DNA of 64,000 bases from Octopus sinensis (GCF_006345805.1 NC_043002.1:54250001-54314000), one strand, 5' to 3'; shown: positions 49,411 to 61,168, counted from the stretch's first letter. Numbers and translations are program-made. Notes: generated by a model from the sequence alone, not told the origin.

Positions 49411-51019
49411 AATTTTTTAAATACTGGCCAACAGCTTCGTCTCAGAGACACCATGGAACTATGTCGCGAAAATTTTTACATGAAACAATAGGCAATGTTT
49501 AATAAATGATCAAGTCGACAGTTTGTTAGGGTTTCTGAATGGCTAAGTGTATTCCCTGCAGGAATTTCTCAAAGCAATTAGCTTTCGGCGCAATTATTTT
49601 CTATTATATTCTTTAAGGGTGTGTATGTGTGTATGGAAAGAAGCTTGGTTTTAAGAGATCCCATGCATGATGATGAGAGAAACAAATTTATAAATAGTGT
49701 TGAATGGTTTCACTATGAGAAGAATGTCATGGTCGATCTTTTAGGAAAATGGATATCTTATAAGGATGAAATTTTATATAAATACATTTCAAACGGCATA
49801 GTTTACGATTATAAAGAAATTTGCGGAGAAAATGTTTTCCGCTGGGGTAGGAAAAGAACTTTCGAAGAGAAAGAAATTCATGAATTATTTTTTGTTTGAG
49901 TGTAATGGAAAAAAAGTTTGAAAATTCTTTAATTTTCGTTTGAGCAATAGTATAAGGTTTTAAAAGGTCCCATGCATCATGGTATGGAATATAGTTTCAT
50001 TGTGGGGGGGGGGAGTTACAGGCGATTCGGCTGTTTTTAACACATCTCACGACCACCTGATACCTTCCTTGTTTGTTTAATATGTTCGGTCAATTACAAG
50101 ATCTTTCGGTCACCAATAAGCAAGTTAACAAGCTTAATGGGGGTAGGAAGAGCTGTATTAAATGTTTAACAGTATAAGCGTAATGGGGATAAAAAGCGCT
50201 ATATTGGATGTTTTATAATCAGTCCATTGGCGCAAATTTGGGGGCTAATGCAGAAACGCACCTCTCCTTCAGCATTAGCCCCAGTAGGCTGGTTTTCTTT
50301 TTGTTAACGGGTGAAGATCTTTATATTAACCAATATTTATTCTCATATTTGTTTAATACACACTCTTTTACACCTATTAAACTTTTTTTTTTTGTTTTGA
50401 TGGCCGGGTGTTAATAAATGATCAAGTTGACAGTTTGTTAGGGTTTCTGAATGGCTAAGTGTATTCCATGCTGTAATTTACTTTACTACAAAGTAAATAA
50501 TTTTTTAAACAAAGTAATTAATATTAACCCCTGTAATAAAATCAAGAAATCATTAGAACTAATTATTCCACCTCAATCTAAATAAAAAATTCTGACTTTG
50601 TGCCTGCATTAGAAAATAATCACCATGAATCAATTTTGTTGTATCAAAGAACACAGCATCTTTTTTCTTTATATTTATTCGCTTTTCCCTCGTCCTTCTT
50701 AATTTGTTCATTCCTCTCTAAAACATTGTCAGAGTTTAGAGGGTTAAAAGTAAAAATAACAGCATTTAAATTTTTGTGCCAAACTAACAAATACATGTAA
50801 TTAAAAGACATGAAGTGACTTTAAAAAAAAAAACATGCATCAGAATAATTACAGCTAAACATTAAAAAGTGGTTTCGTAAAGTTTAGTCGTTCTTGTATA
50901 TATCGACATTATTACTCTTGTATATGATATTAAACATAAAAACTTTTCCTTGTGAATTGCATAATGTAGAAAAAGAACGAAATACATTCAGGATAACAAA
51001 AATTTTCAAACATACTTAC

Positions 51020-51125
51020 CAAATCAACAACACTTAATTCAAATGCTTAGAGAGACATTCAAACGATATTGAAGTTACCCGCCATTAACAGAGTTCACAT
51101 TGCGCATGCGTGTTCGCGCCCAAAC
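51020..51125 (-). promoter_or_regulatory. Putative promoter and non-coding first exon of the Sororin gene
   Basis: Donor TTTG|GTAAGT at 51019; two CHR hexamers TTTGAA (51038-51043, 51058-51063); TGGCGGG (51078-51084); NRF1-like TGCGCATGCG (51101-51110); E2F-like TTTGGGCGCGAA (51113-51124). Confidence 0.6.
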
Positions 51126-51395
51126 TATTAGAAGATGTATGACAAGATGCGAGGCTAAGAAGGAAATATTTTTAATATTTCCACTTGCAACTTTTTTTCT
51201 CTTTGAAAGTTGCATAGATTAAATTCCGGAATTGATTCCAATGTAATTTTTTTTTTTATAAACGTTACTGGTCGGCAGGAATATATTTAAAGGATATGTA
51301 TATGTTAGGCGGCTAGCAGAATAATGCCGATCTTTGTGGTTATCGTCAATCTACAATTTTGTTCCAATTGTTTCCAAATTTGGATTAGGGATTAA

Positions 51396-52142
51396 GGGGC
51401 AGGATCTTTTCCTTTTGAACGGCAGTTTTCAACACAATTTCTAGTTAACTAAACACTTTTAAACTTCGTATACTAGTAGAATGTATCAAAATAAAACATT
51501 TTTTTCTCTTGGCTTTCTTGAGAAAATTGTAAGTTGTAAGTTTAACGTAGTTTAATTTTTCGAATTTTAATCAATCCTATGGCCTCTATTGAGCTAAAAT
51601 CATTTGCTGCGTCTAAAACTGAGACAACATCCTGTCACTAACCTTAACCCTAACCCTAAATTTTAGCCTTTCGTTTTGTTTTTTTTTCTTAATTGTTAAA
51701 TTAATTTAATTCTTACGCGTGTGTCTAAAATTATTCGTTTTGTTTTTGTTTTGAGTTTTTGCTTTCGTTTTTTTTTTTTCTTAATTGTTAAATTAAAATT
51801 ATTTTCCATTGTTTTTGTTTTTGTTTTTTTTTCTTAATTGTTATCCTTAAATCAATTTAACAATTAAGAAAAAAAAACGAAAGGCTAAAATTTAGGGTTA
51901 GGGTTAATGACAGGATGTTATCTGAAAGATCCGACGCAGCAAATGATTTTAGCTCAATAGAGGCCATAGGATTGGTTAAAATTCGAAAAATTAAACTACG
52001 TTAAACTTACAATTTTCTCAAGAAAGCCAAGAGAAAAAATGTTTTATTTTGACACATTCTACCAGTATACGAAGTTTAAAATTGTTTAGTTAACTAGAAA
52101 TTGTGTTGAAAACTGCCGTTCAAAAGGAAAAGATCCTGCCCC
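51396..52142. mobile_element. Palindromic non-autonomous DNA transposon (~300-bp arms, internal TTAGGG repeats), possibly Kolobok-like
   Basis: TTAA|GGGGCAGGATC... left arm is the reverse complement of ...GATCCTGCCCC|T; (CCCTAA)n and (TTAGGG)n near the inner arm ends. Confidence 0.75.
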
Positions 52143-52745
52143 TGTTCCGCTGTGTTGCCCTGATGTGCACAGTGAATTCCCGGCAATGGCATCTCCATAG
52201 ATATTTCTTCACGGAAGTGTCTGCCTGCAAGTGTTCCTTTATGCATATATGCAGTTTTCTTGTGCTTCTTATGTAGGATGCGCCTCGTTTGTCACAGACG
52301 ATCTCGTATACAATATAGGTCCTTTGACACAATTCAGGGTCTTTGATGGGGCAGTTCGATAATGTTCACTCTTCGGAGTAGTGAGAGGTATTGTTCTTGG
52401 ACACATAGCTTTTCTCAGGGAAGGGCCGGTGTGCACTATCTGTATGTTGTATCACTGCAGTAGTTCTGTCGTCAAAGTGTGGTAGCTTTAGGAAGCACGT
52501 GCCGGACTTGGGTGTATGATGGTTCTTCCTGGGTTTATTGACCCTGATGTTTTTTAGGTGCCGTTGTTTGGCTAAAGATGGTATGTAGCCATTCAGGGTT
52601 AGGTCTCTGAGGAACTGTTTGGTGTTGACAGCTTTGTCGGTCATTTCGCTGCAATTATTGTTTATACGTGCAATCTCGTTTCTCACGTATGTGGCTTTGG
52701 CTCTGGTGGGTAAGGCTGATTGGTAGTGGACGAAAAGTCTGCATT
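52143..52745 (-). mobile_element. Penelope-like element fragment (RT C-terminus + GIY-YIG)
   Basis: VHYQSALPTRAKATYVRNEIARINNNCS...LNGY...FLKLPHF...IVYEIVCDKRGASYIRST..LHICIKEH. Confidence 0.8.
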
Positions 52746-52998
52746 AATTCATAAATTTGTTTTCTTGGGATTTACCTTACATTTACTTCGCATTGTTCTG
52801 GCCTTACCCACGAACCTTTATACAATATATATATTCAGTTTCTGTCAATCAAATCTACTCACAAGGCTTTGGTCAGCCTGAGACTATAGTAGAATAAATT
52901 TGCCCAAGGTGCCACACAATGGGACTGAACTCGGAACCGTGTGGTTAGCAAACAAGCTTCTTAACACATAGCCATACCTGCATCACATCAACACTTTT

Positions 52999-53002
<4 letters not shown>

Positions 53003-53053
<51 letters not shown>
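53003..53053. repeat. (CT)n microsatellite
   Basis: Direct reading. Confidence 0.95.
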
Positions 53054-53062
<9 letters not shown>

Positions 53063-53565
53063 TGTGTGTGTGTGTTGCACCTGAAACATACAATTGTGTT
53101 TCAATCAATGGTGTCGACCTCCACTCTAGGTCTGATGATTGTTCTTTCATCAGAGAATGCAGTTTACTAAAATTCAGCAAATATCTTGCAAAATCATATT
53201 TTCGGGAACAAGTGACCTAAATGTGTATAGGCTATTGTTATAATGGTATGTCCATCTTTCTTGTTGAAATGGGCCATTATAAATATCAGCGTTCCGTAGG
53301 CAGATGCACACAGTGAGCCGAGGGAAACTAGAGAGATAGTAACGGACCAGACAGAGAGACAACACAGCGAATGCACACTTATTCTTAGTGTACACAACTT
53401 CGCTGACTCGAAGTAGTTGGCTAACATTATGTAGTGATATATTTGTTTCATATTTTAAATCAAGCTTCAAGTATGAAACAAGTGAATACAACTACGGCTA
53501 AATAAATGATGTAAATAACATTCCTTTCCTCTTCATTGTTTTTCATCAATATCGGACCAACACGC

Positions 53566-55255
53566 CGAATGAGTTGTCCAAGGCTACCATGCTGGTTTCT
53601 ACCAAACCAGACGCCCCAATGTGTGTATTAGTTGATGCGTCCGATTCCAGAGATGGAGGCGTGCTTCAACAACTCACTAACGGTATTTGGCAACCCGTAT
53701 CTGTTTTCTCTAAGCGCTTAAAACCCGCCAAGACTAAGTACAGTACTTTCGGTCGAGAATTATTGACAGCATACCTTGCTGTCAAGCATTTTCGACACAT
53801 GCTGGAAGGTCGTTTTTTTTTTTGTCTCCGTCTACACCAATCATAAACCGCTGGTTTATGCATTTCAACGCCAAGCCCGATCATCACTCACCCAGGGAAG
53901 TCCGACATCTAGACTTCATATCCCAGTACACAACTAACATTCAGCACATTAAGGGCGCGACCAACTCAGCAGCTGATGTCCTGTCACGCTTGAAGCTTAA
54001 CGCAGTCCACACCACTGTCACTATTGATCTCCAGGGGACTGCAGCTGATCAACAAGATGACGAATAACTGCTAACGCTCCGGAATTCGTCATCTCTGAAA
54101 TTTCGATAATTTCCGATACCTTTTGCTACAGGCTGTATTTGGTGCGACACCTCCATCGGCCATGAACGCCCGTACGTTCCACAGAAACATTGACGTGACG
54201 TTTTCTCTGCATTACATTCCCTAGCACATCCTGGTGTCCGTGTCTTACAAAAACTGATAACGACCCGTTTTGTGTGGCCCAACATCAACAAGGACACTCG
54301 TGATGGGCTAGGATCTGTCGCGTGCCAAAAAGCAAAGATTCGCCTACACATTAAATCTCCTGTCAGTTTCGTTTGCAACACCTGATGCACGTTTCCAACA
54401 CGTTCACATAGATATCGTTGGACCCTTGCCTCCTTCTCACAATTACACACACCTTCTCACCTGTGTCGACAGATTTTCTTGCTGGCCGGAAGCTTTTCCT
54501 CTGTCGGATACTTCCACGGAAACTCTCATCAAAACGCTCGTGTTTCCCTGGGTTTCGCGTTTTGGCAAACCCGCGACAATTACTACAGACAGAGGACGTC
54601 AGTTCGATTTCCACCTCTTCACCGAGCTGACTTGTCTCCTCAGGTGTAAGCACACATGTACAACAGCATATCACCCTGCATCTAACAGTATGGTTGATTG
54701 CTTTCACCGCCAACTTAAAGCAGCTCTCAAAGCTTACCCAGACTCCGCTAATTAGTTAGAATACCTTCCACTCAACCTCAGTATCCGTTTTACGGTTATG
54801 GAGGGAATCGGACATACTCCGGCTGAATTAGTTTATGGCACGGCACTCATCTTACCTGGGCAGATGATATCCCCCAGTTTCGCCACAAGAGATTCCAGAC
54901 CCAGCAAAATATGTTCATCGCTTACGGACAACGATGTCACATTTGTCTCCTGCAGGCCCCCAAACAACAGAATGTCACTTCACATGTCCCAATAGACATC
55001 AATACTTGGACGCATGTTTTCGTCAGATATGATGGCATCCCTTCTCAACTTCGTCCACCATATTCTGGGCCCTACAAGGTAATCCACATAGAACTAAAGT
55101 ATTTCGTTCTCGATATGAATAGAAAAGGAAAACCTGTCACTATTGATCGCTTAAAAAAAGCATTCGTGGTTAGATCATCTACCACCAATTTCTACCATTT
55201 CTCCAACGGGCACACCAACTACCTTATCCATCACAAATACCTCGAATTGAAATGA
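53566..55255 (+). mobile_element. CsRn1-clade Gypsy relic (RNase H-integrase)
   Basis: LVDASDSRDGGVLQQ, KYSTFGRELL, HIDIVGPLPPS, WPEAFPL, ITTDRGRQF, YHPASNSMVDCFHRQLKAAL, PPYSGPYKV; many stops. Confidence 0.9.
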
Positions 55256-55856
55256 TTCATGTTAAGGGCAGTGATTCTTAACATGGACAGATAGCACCAC
55301 CTTGCGAAGCGTTGCGTGCTACTAAAGGGACAGAAAATGTCAAGGCTGGGTTTAGATGTTTAGCAGGATCGTTATTTCTCATAGAAATAGAATATTGAGA
55401 CTAGATATAATAATAATAATAAAACTTTTCTGGATTCGAATATAAACATTGTTTTGTGTTATGAGTGAACAGAAAGTAGGACTGGTGATGCGTCAAGGTT
55501 CAATGTAGTTTTATTACATATGTTTTTGGACCCTTCAATAATTTCAAGAGAAATTTAATATACTTAATTTAATTAATCTACTTTGCTTTTTTCCCCTTTT
55601 CAAATCATGTAAAAGAAGCGTTTACAAAACGCCATTGTGTAAAGGTGAGGTACAATCGTTGAGAACCTCAGTACAAGAGTATTCATAGAAATGGTTCATA
55701 AAATAAAATATTACTAATGTTGTTATTGTAGTTATTCAACTACAAGTTAGTTTTATTGAGTAGAGTCGTGATGAAAGGTGCTTTTGTCATTTCGAAACAG
55801 TAGAATATGATATAAGGCAGATTGATTTCTATTTTTTTAACAGGTTAATCAACTAC

Positions 55857-55973
55857 GCCGTCATGAGCAACCTGCGGTCCGTGAGACTTTCTTAATTGCA
55901 CGCCTAATGAAAAATTTCCTTTAGTTTTTTTTAGTAGTGTGGCCTACTCATGAAAAGGTTGCCCATGCTTGAA
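55857..55973. mobile_element. Decayed hAT-type MITE
   Basis: Imperfect TIR CATGAGCAACCT ... AGGTTGCCCATG. Confidence 0.45.
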
Positions 55974-57497
55974 GTAGAGGCTGCGTTTGCTATTGTTTAG
56001 TTCCAGGTGAGCCCTGATCGAACAGATCCATGATTAAATGCATTCCAGCCGTGACCATCTTATCTTTTATTCGGATACAATACCTCTAGGACTTCACCAC
56101 TCAGTGTGTTCTGTTATTTCTCAGACCATATGGGTCATTTAAGGGAGATTTAGCTGCTATTTCATGGACTATAAACATGTATATATAACTATACATAGAG
56201 ATAGCGAATTGTCCCCCTTAGTTTAGTAACTCTTCTACTTTTAGTTGCTTGTGTCACTGTCAAAATATTTATTTCACAATGGTCTGTGAGAAATGTACGT
56301 ATTCTTACTATATTTAAATGTATATTATTTTTATTTGTACCAGTTTCTTATATTTTATTATTAACAAGATCACTAATAGAGCGTTTAATATTGTTATGTT
56401 ATTTGGACCAACCGATATTAATCATTGCTGTTTTTTTTTTAATGTTATTTATTTTCATGTCAACCACTAATTGAGAGGAACTTATGATAGTATCGAGGAG
56501 ACTATATTATTTAAGGTTTCTTTTCCGCTAAGCTGATATTTCTAGGACCAGTGAGTCTTTAGGAACAACGTATTTCTAACCCTAAGGATAAAAGAAGCCT
56601 CTTCCAGCTTTTACTAAGTGTAGAGTTTAATGTAAAAAGTACTCACAATCTCTGTAATATTTTGTTTTGTATTTGTGATCAAAGTACTTCCAGATGAATT
56701 GTTTACAAAATACCTATACGTCACATGAACATTTGATGGTGACAGTTTAGCAAATTATTTTTGTTACTGCGTTACGAATTATTTAGTATCTACCAACAAA
56801 TAAGTTCAAGACGCTATGATTTATTTTTACACTTAGTGACTCCTAAAATATTTCGTCGTTCTTCACTCTTTACATTTCATTTTTTGTAACATTACATAGA
56901 AATATTGAGCCAATGATTGAACTCTCAAGTGGTTGTTCGACTTGCTACAAATGATAATCAGTCTTCCATTAATTCGTACCATCTTTAAAACAGGAAGGAT
57001 ATATTGGATAATGTAGTCTTAGATCTATTATGTCTGAAAGGAAATATGGGAAAAAGATAAGAGATGACCACGGCCTAAACTCCTTTGTTCATAGGTCATC
57101 TGTATCAAGGATGACCTGGAGCTTCCCAGCGACTCAGAATAGTGACTGGTTTTACAGAACACTACAGAAAATAGATTTCCAAGTGATAACAATACACCCC
57201 ACAGCTCTATTTGACTGCCTCTAGTCATAATGACCCCCTAAATTAATCGGTCTTGCAGTATATTGGTAGTTGTGCCCTTATAGGGAATCAAAACTTTCAA
57301 TGTAAAACATTCACAAATAAGAAAAATCTGATGTGATCACATCACACCTTATTTTTATTTTTAAAAAAGTACACAAATGCAGTTCCTGGTGTACAAATAG
57401 ATGGGATTGTCATGGCTGGGATGCCTTTAATGACCAGACTGACCTGGGGCTCAACAATAACAATGAAACAATTCACAACAGTTGAATATTTGTGTGA

Positions 57498-57528
<31 letters not shown>

Positions 57529-57534
57529 AGAACC

Positions 57535-58247
57535 AAGTTTAAAATAATGGTCATTACATATTTTTATTTTATTGGGGCAAATTTAGCTTACAGTTGTTTC
57601 CAGTAGTCATTATAGGTACATTACTAAGTTTACTCAATTGGTCTATTGATCAATGGAGGAAAATTCAAGAGCACTGAAGGAATGGCTATTGTATGGGGGA
57701 AGGGAGGAGAAGATGATGGAAAGATGCAAGTAGAATAGAGAACAAAGGGGTGGAAGGAGCTAAGGGGATGGTATAAGAGTCACTTAATAGAAGCAGGGGC
57801 ATTTATTGCCAAAATTTGGAAGAGGTTCAGTCCTAAAACATTAGTGTTTGTAGTCAGGTCAACACACATTACCATATTAGCATTAGATATTCTCCAACCA
57901 TTGTGTTGAAATTTGATATGGGCTTTTTATGGACATGGTCAGTCTCAGACTGTAATGTTCAGTTGTTGCTAACTAGCATAGTAGGGATATTATGCTAGAA
58001 AATAAAGGGATATCATTTTAGTCATATTGTAGATCAGGAATGCTCTTATTATCCTGGATATAAATACTGATAGATTGAGAAATGTTGTTACAAATGGGAT
58101 GATGTCAAGTAGCTGAAAATTAAATGTAAATTCAGACTAACCTGGTAAGACTGGTTTTAAAATTTTAAACGAATAAAAAGGGCTAGAGATCAAAATTTGA
58201 ACTAAAGTTAAAGTTTTTAAATGTAGTGTTAGAGCAAACTAAGATAT
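57535..58247 (-). repeat. Second copy of the 47840-48806 repeat (hammerhead 5' core deleted)
   Basis: Retains TACTG-GAAA-CAACTG-TA-AGCTA but lacks the CTGATGA segment. Confidence 0.8.
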
Positions 58248-58416
58248 ATAATAAGTAGCTAGGCTCTGGTAACTTTTCTCACTGTGTAAATCTGAATGTC
58301 CTATTCAGGACTGCATAATTTCAGTAGATAAAGTAATAGTATTAATAATGATAAGGAGAACAGAGATTTTTCACACCCATAATTTTATTTAACAGTTATT
58401 TACAACATCCTTCACT

Positions 58417-58502
58417 GAACCTACATGTGTTTCAATTGCATTGACTGCACACTGTTGGATATGCAACCTGGTGTCATGGTTGGTGCAGTTTCATCAGAGT
58501 CC
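58417..58502 (-). ncRNA. Type-I hammerhead ribozyme motif
   Basis: Minus strand reads GGACT-CTGATGA-AACTGCA...TGCAATT-GAAA-CACATG-TA-GGTTC. Confidence 0.7.
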
Positions 58503-58759
58503 TTACTCGCTGCCATTTTGAAGTGAAACTGAAGGAATCAGCAAATTGAATGAATAATGTGTTTTTTAGGAGGTATGGGTGCTACTGTTAATAGTTGTAG
58601 GGATCTTGATGTTGGGTTCTCCTCCACTAAATGCGGCAGGTGAAGCGAAACAGTCCTAGAAATAGGTCAGTGCTGGAATGAATGTTTATGTAGATTTATC
58701 ATTAATGCTAGAAGTTTACCATTCCACTTATTTCAAAGAGAATATTATTAGTGTAGAGG

Positions 58760-59027
58760 ACCACTACGCATATGCCCATGGGCATATGGTGTAGTGGTTA
58801 AGAGTGTGGGCTACTAACCCCAAGATTCCGAGTTTGATTCCAGGCAGTGACCGGAATAATAATAATAACAATAACAACAACAGCAACATCAAAAAATACC
58901 ATAGGAATGAGAACCCGGGTTCGAAATTTCCCCAAGACACCTGACAAAGGCTGGAGGGTATATCAGCTGAAATGTTGTGTTAACAACAAACAAGATGAGG
59001 ACAAATATCCGTCAAATGTAAATAATG
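58760..59027 (+). mobile_element. tRNA-headed SINE-like element with a (degenerate) hammerhead in its 3' part
   Basis: A-box TGGTGTAGTGG (58787-58797), B-box GAGTTTGATTC (58830-58840), hammerhead-like motif 58936-58981, 11-bp TSD TAGTGTAGAGG (58749-58759 and 59028-59038), short 5' inverted duplication. Confidence 0.8.
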
Positions 59028-59041
59028 TAGTGTAGAGGTAT

Positions 59042-59180
59042 TCAATCATGTTTCATTTATTTTTTGGTTCTTGGTTTCACAATTGTTATTCTAATATTTT
59101 TTGTTATTATATAAAGTGTAAAAATTATTAGAATAAAAATTGTTAAACCAAGGATCAAAAAATAAATCAAACATGATTGA
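59042..59180. mobile_element. AT-rich palindromic MITE-like element
   Basis: TCAATCATGTTT...TTATTCTAATA pairs with TATTAGAATAA...AAACATGATTGA (~55-bp imperfect arms). Confidence 0.7.
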
Positions 59181-60282
59181 GTACTTCTAAACTAAGGATA
59201 TTCTCCCTCATATCTACATAGTTGAGTCAAAAGGTAATACAAATAAAAACTGCATTACTTTCTGACTCACCCTTGTATAAAAGACTGCCATGCAAGTTCC
59301 ATCTCCCAAACTGGGTTTATGGCTTCAGAATGTATGTCTTAACTACACAGCCATGCCCTAGAGATGTGTCCTAATGTCATAAAGCATTTGGTCCTTTACT
59401 TTTTCATTTGCCGTTATCCTCATTTATAGTTTTAATAATAGTTGTTAAGCATATGCACAAGGTCAACAATGTTTCCAGTATATTCCTGGTACTTATGTTA
59501 TAAAGACCAGAAGGATGAAAAGTGAGGTTTACCTTGGTAGCATTTCAGCTTGGGACACAAAGGTGACTAAATACTGCAAGTTGTTTTGTCCAGTGCCCCA
59601 CTGATTTTTCTAGCTATCCAAATTAGAATTTATGAAACTTGAGATTCTGTATATAATAATATTAATGTTAAGAAATAATCAAAAAGCAAATTATTCTTGA
59701 TGCTTTAGGTCAGACTAAACTTGGAAAAGTTATCACCCCAGATCCATGGAAGACAGGAGCCAGAAATACTACAGGTAATTAAGACATTAAGAAATTGTTT
59801 GTCTTCATCATCATCATCATCATTATGTGCATGTGTGTGTGTGGTAAGATGCTTACTTCCCAACCACATGGTTCTGGGTTCAGTCCTTCTGCCTGGCACA
59901 TTGGGCAAGTGTCTTCTACTATAGCCTCAAGCCGATCAAAGCCTTGTGAGTGGATTTGGTAGATGGAGACTACAGAAGCCTGTTCTGTAAATATATATAT
60001 ATATATGTATGTATTTAATCATATCAAAGGGAAATGCAATTTAATTAAAATTAAAATATTCAATCAAAATTTACATTTCCAGTGGTCTAACGTGCAAAAA
60101 AAATTAGTGAAGAAGACTATATATTAGTCATACAATATAGTGCATATTTATACACATAAGGAATCCACTTTACGTGAAATTCAACACATTAGAAAGAACA
60201 GCTAGATTCTGTAAACCACAAAAATAACGAATAAAATTCGACAGGAATAAATTTGGAAATGAAAAACATTTACCATCTAGTA

Positions 60283-60358
60283 CCCTGGACCAATTGGTTT
60301 CTGATCTTCTTTTAGTGAGTCAGGGGGAACTCACAAGGTCTGATCTTCTTCAGCAAGG
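60283..60358 (-). ncRNA. Type-I hammerhead-like motif (copy A)
   Basis: Minus strand reads CCTTG-CTGAAGA-A-GATC..GTGAGT/ACTCAC..GATC-A-GAAA-CCAATTGG-TC-CAGGG. Confidence 0.7.
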
Positions 60359-60801
60359 TCCAACTTAGGGTTAAACATATTCAACAGGAGACAAACAAGG
60401 CTACTTGTCTCGTGTTCATACGAACTAACTTTTCAAATTTTTCTGTGCAATTGCAGTCCAATCGCTGGCTACAATAAAAACCGTCAACTTTTAACCGAAA
60501 ATTATCCAAAAACTTATAGTAATTAATCATATCAAAGGGAAATGGAATTTAATTAAAATTAAAATATTCAATCAAAATTTACATTTCCAGTGGTCTAACG
60601 TGCAAAAAAATTAGTCAAGAAGACTATATATTAGTCATACGATATAGTGCATATTTATACACATAAGGAATCCACTTTACATGAAATTCAACACATTAGA
60701 AAGAACAGCTAGGTTCTGTAAACCACAAAAATAATGGATAAAATTCGACAGGAATAAATTTGAAAATGAAAAACATTTACCATCTAGTACCCTAGGTTGG
60801 A

Positions 60802-60877
60802 CCTTGCTGAAGAAGATCAGACCTTGTGAGTTCCCCCTGATTCGCTAAAAGAAGATCAGAAACCAATTGGTCCAAGG
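60802..60877 (+). ncRNA. Type-I hammerhead-like motif (copy C); predicted cleavage after GUC at 60872
   Basis: CCTTG-CTGAAGA-A-GATC..GTGAGT/ATTCGC..GATC-A-GAAA-CCAATTGG-TC-CAAGG. Confidence 0.7.
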
Positions 60878-61029
60878 TACTAGATGGTAAATGTTTTTCA
60901 TTTCCAAATTTATTCCTGTCAAATTTTATCCATTATTTTTGTGGTTTACAGAACCTAGCTGTTCTTTCTAATGTGTTGAATTTCACGTAAAGTGGATTCC
61001 TTATGTGTATAAATATGCACTATATCGTA

Positions 61030-61046
61030 TATATATATGTATGTAA

Positions 61047-61136
<90 letters not shown>

Positions 61137-61137
61137 G

Positions 61138-61168
<31 letters not shown>

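Larger units (their letters stand above)
60015..61030. mobile_element. PLE-type pseudo-LTR cluster: two tandem copies plus an inverted third copy, with hammerheads
   Basis: 60015-60370 (+) is approximately repeated at 60523-60793 (+, truncated), and 60790-61030 is the reverse complement. Confidence 0.82.
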
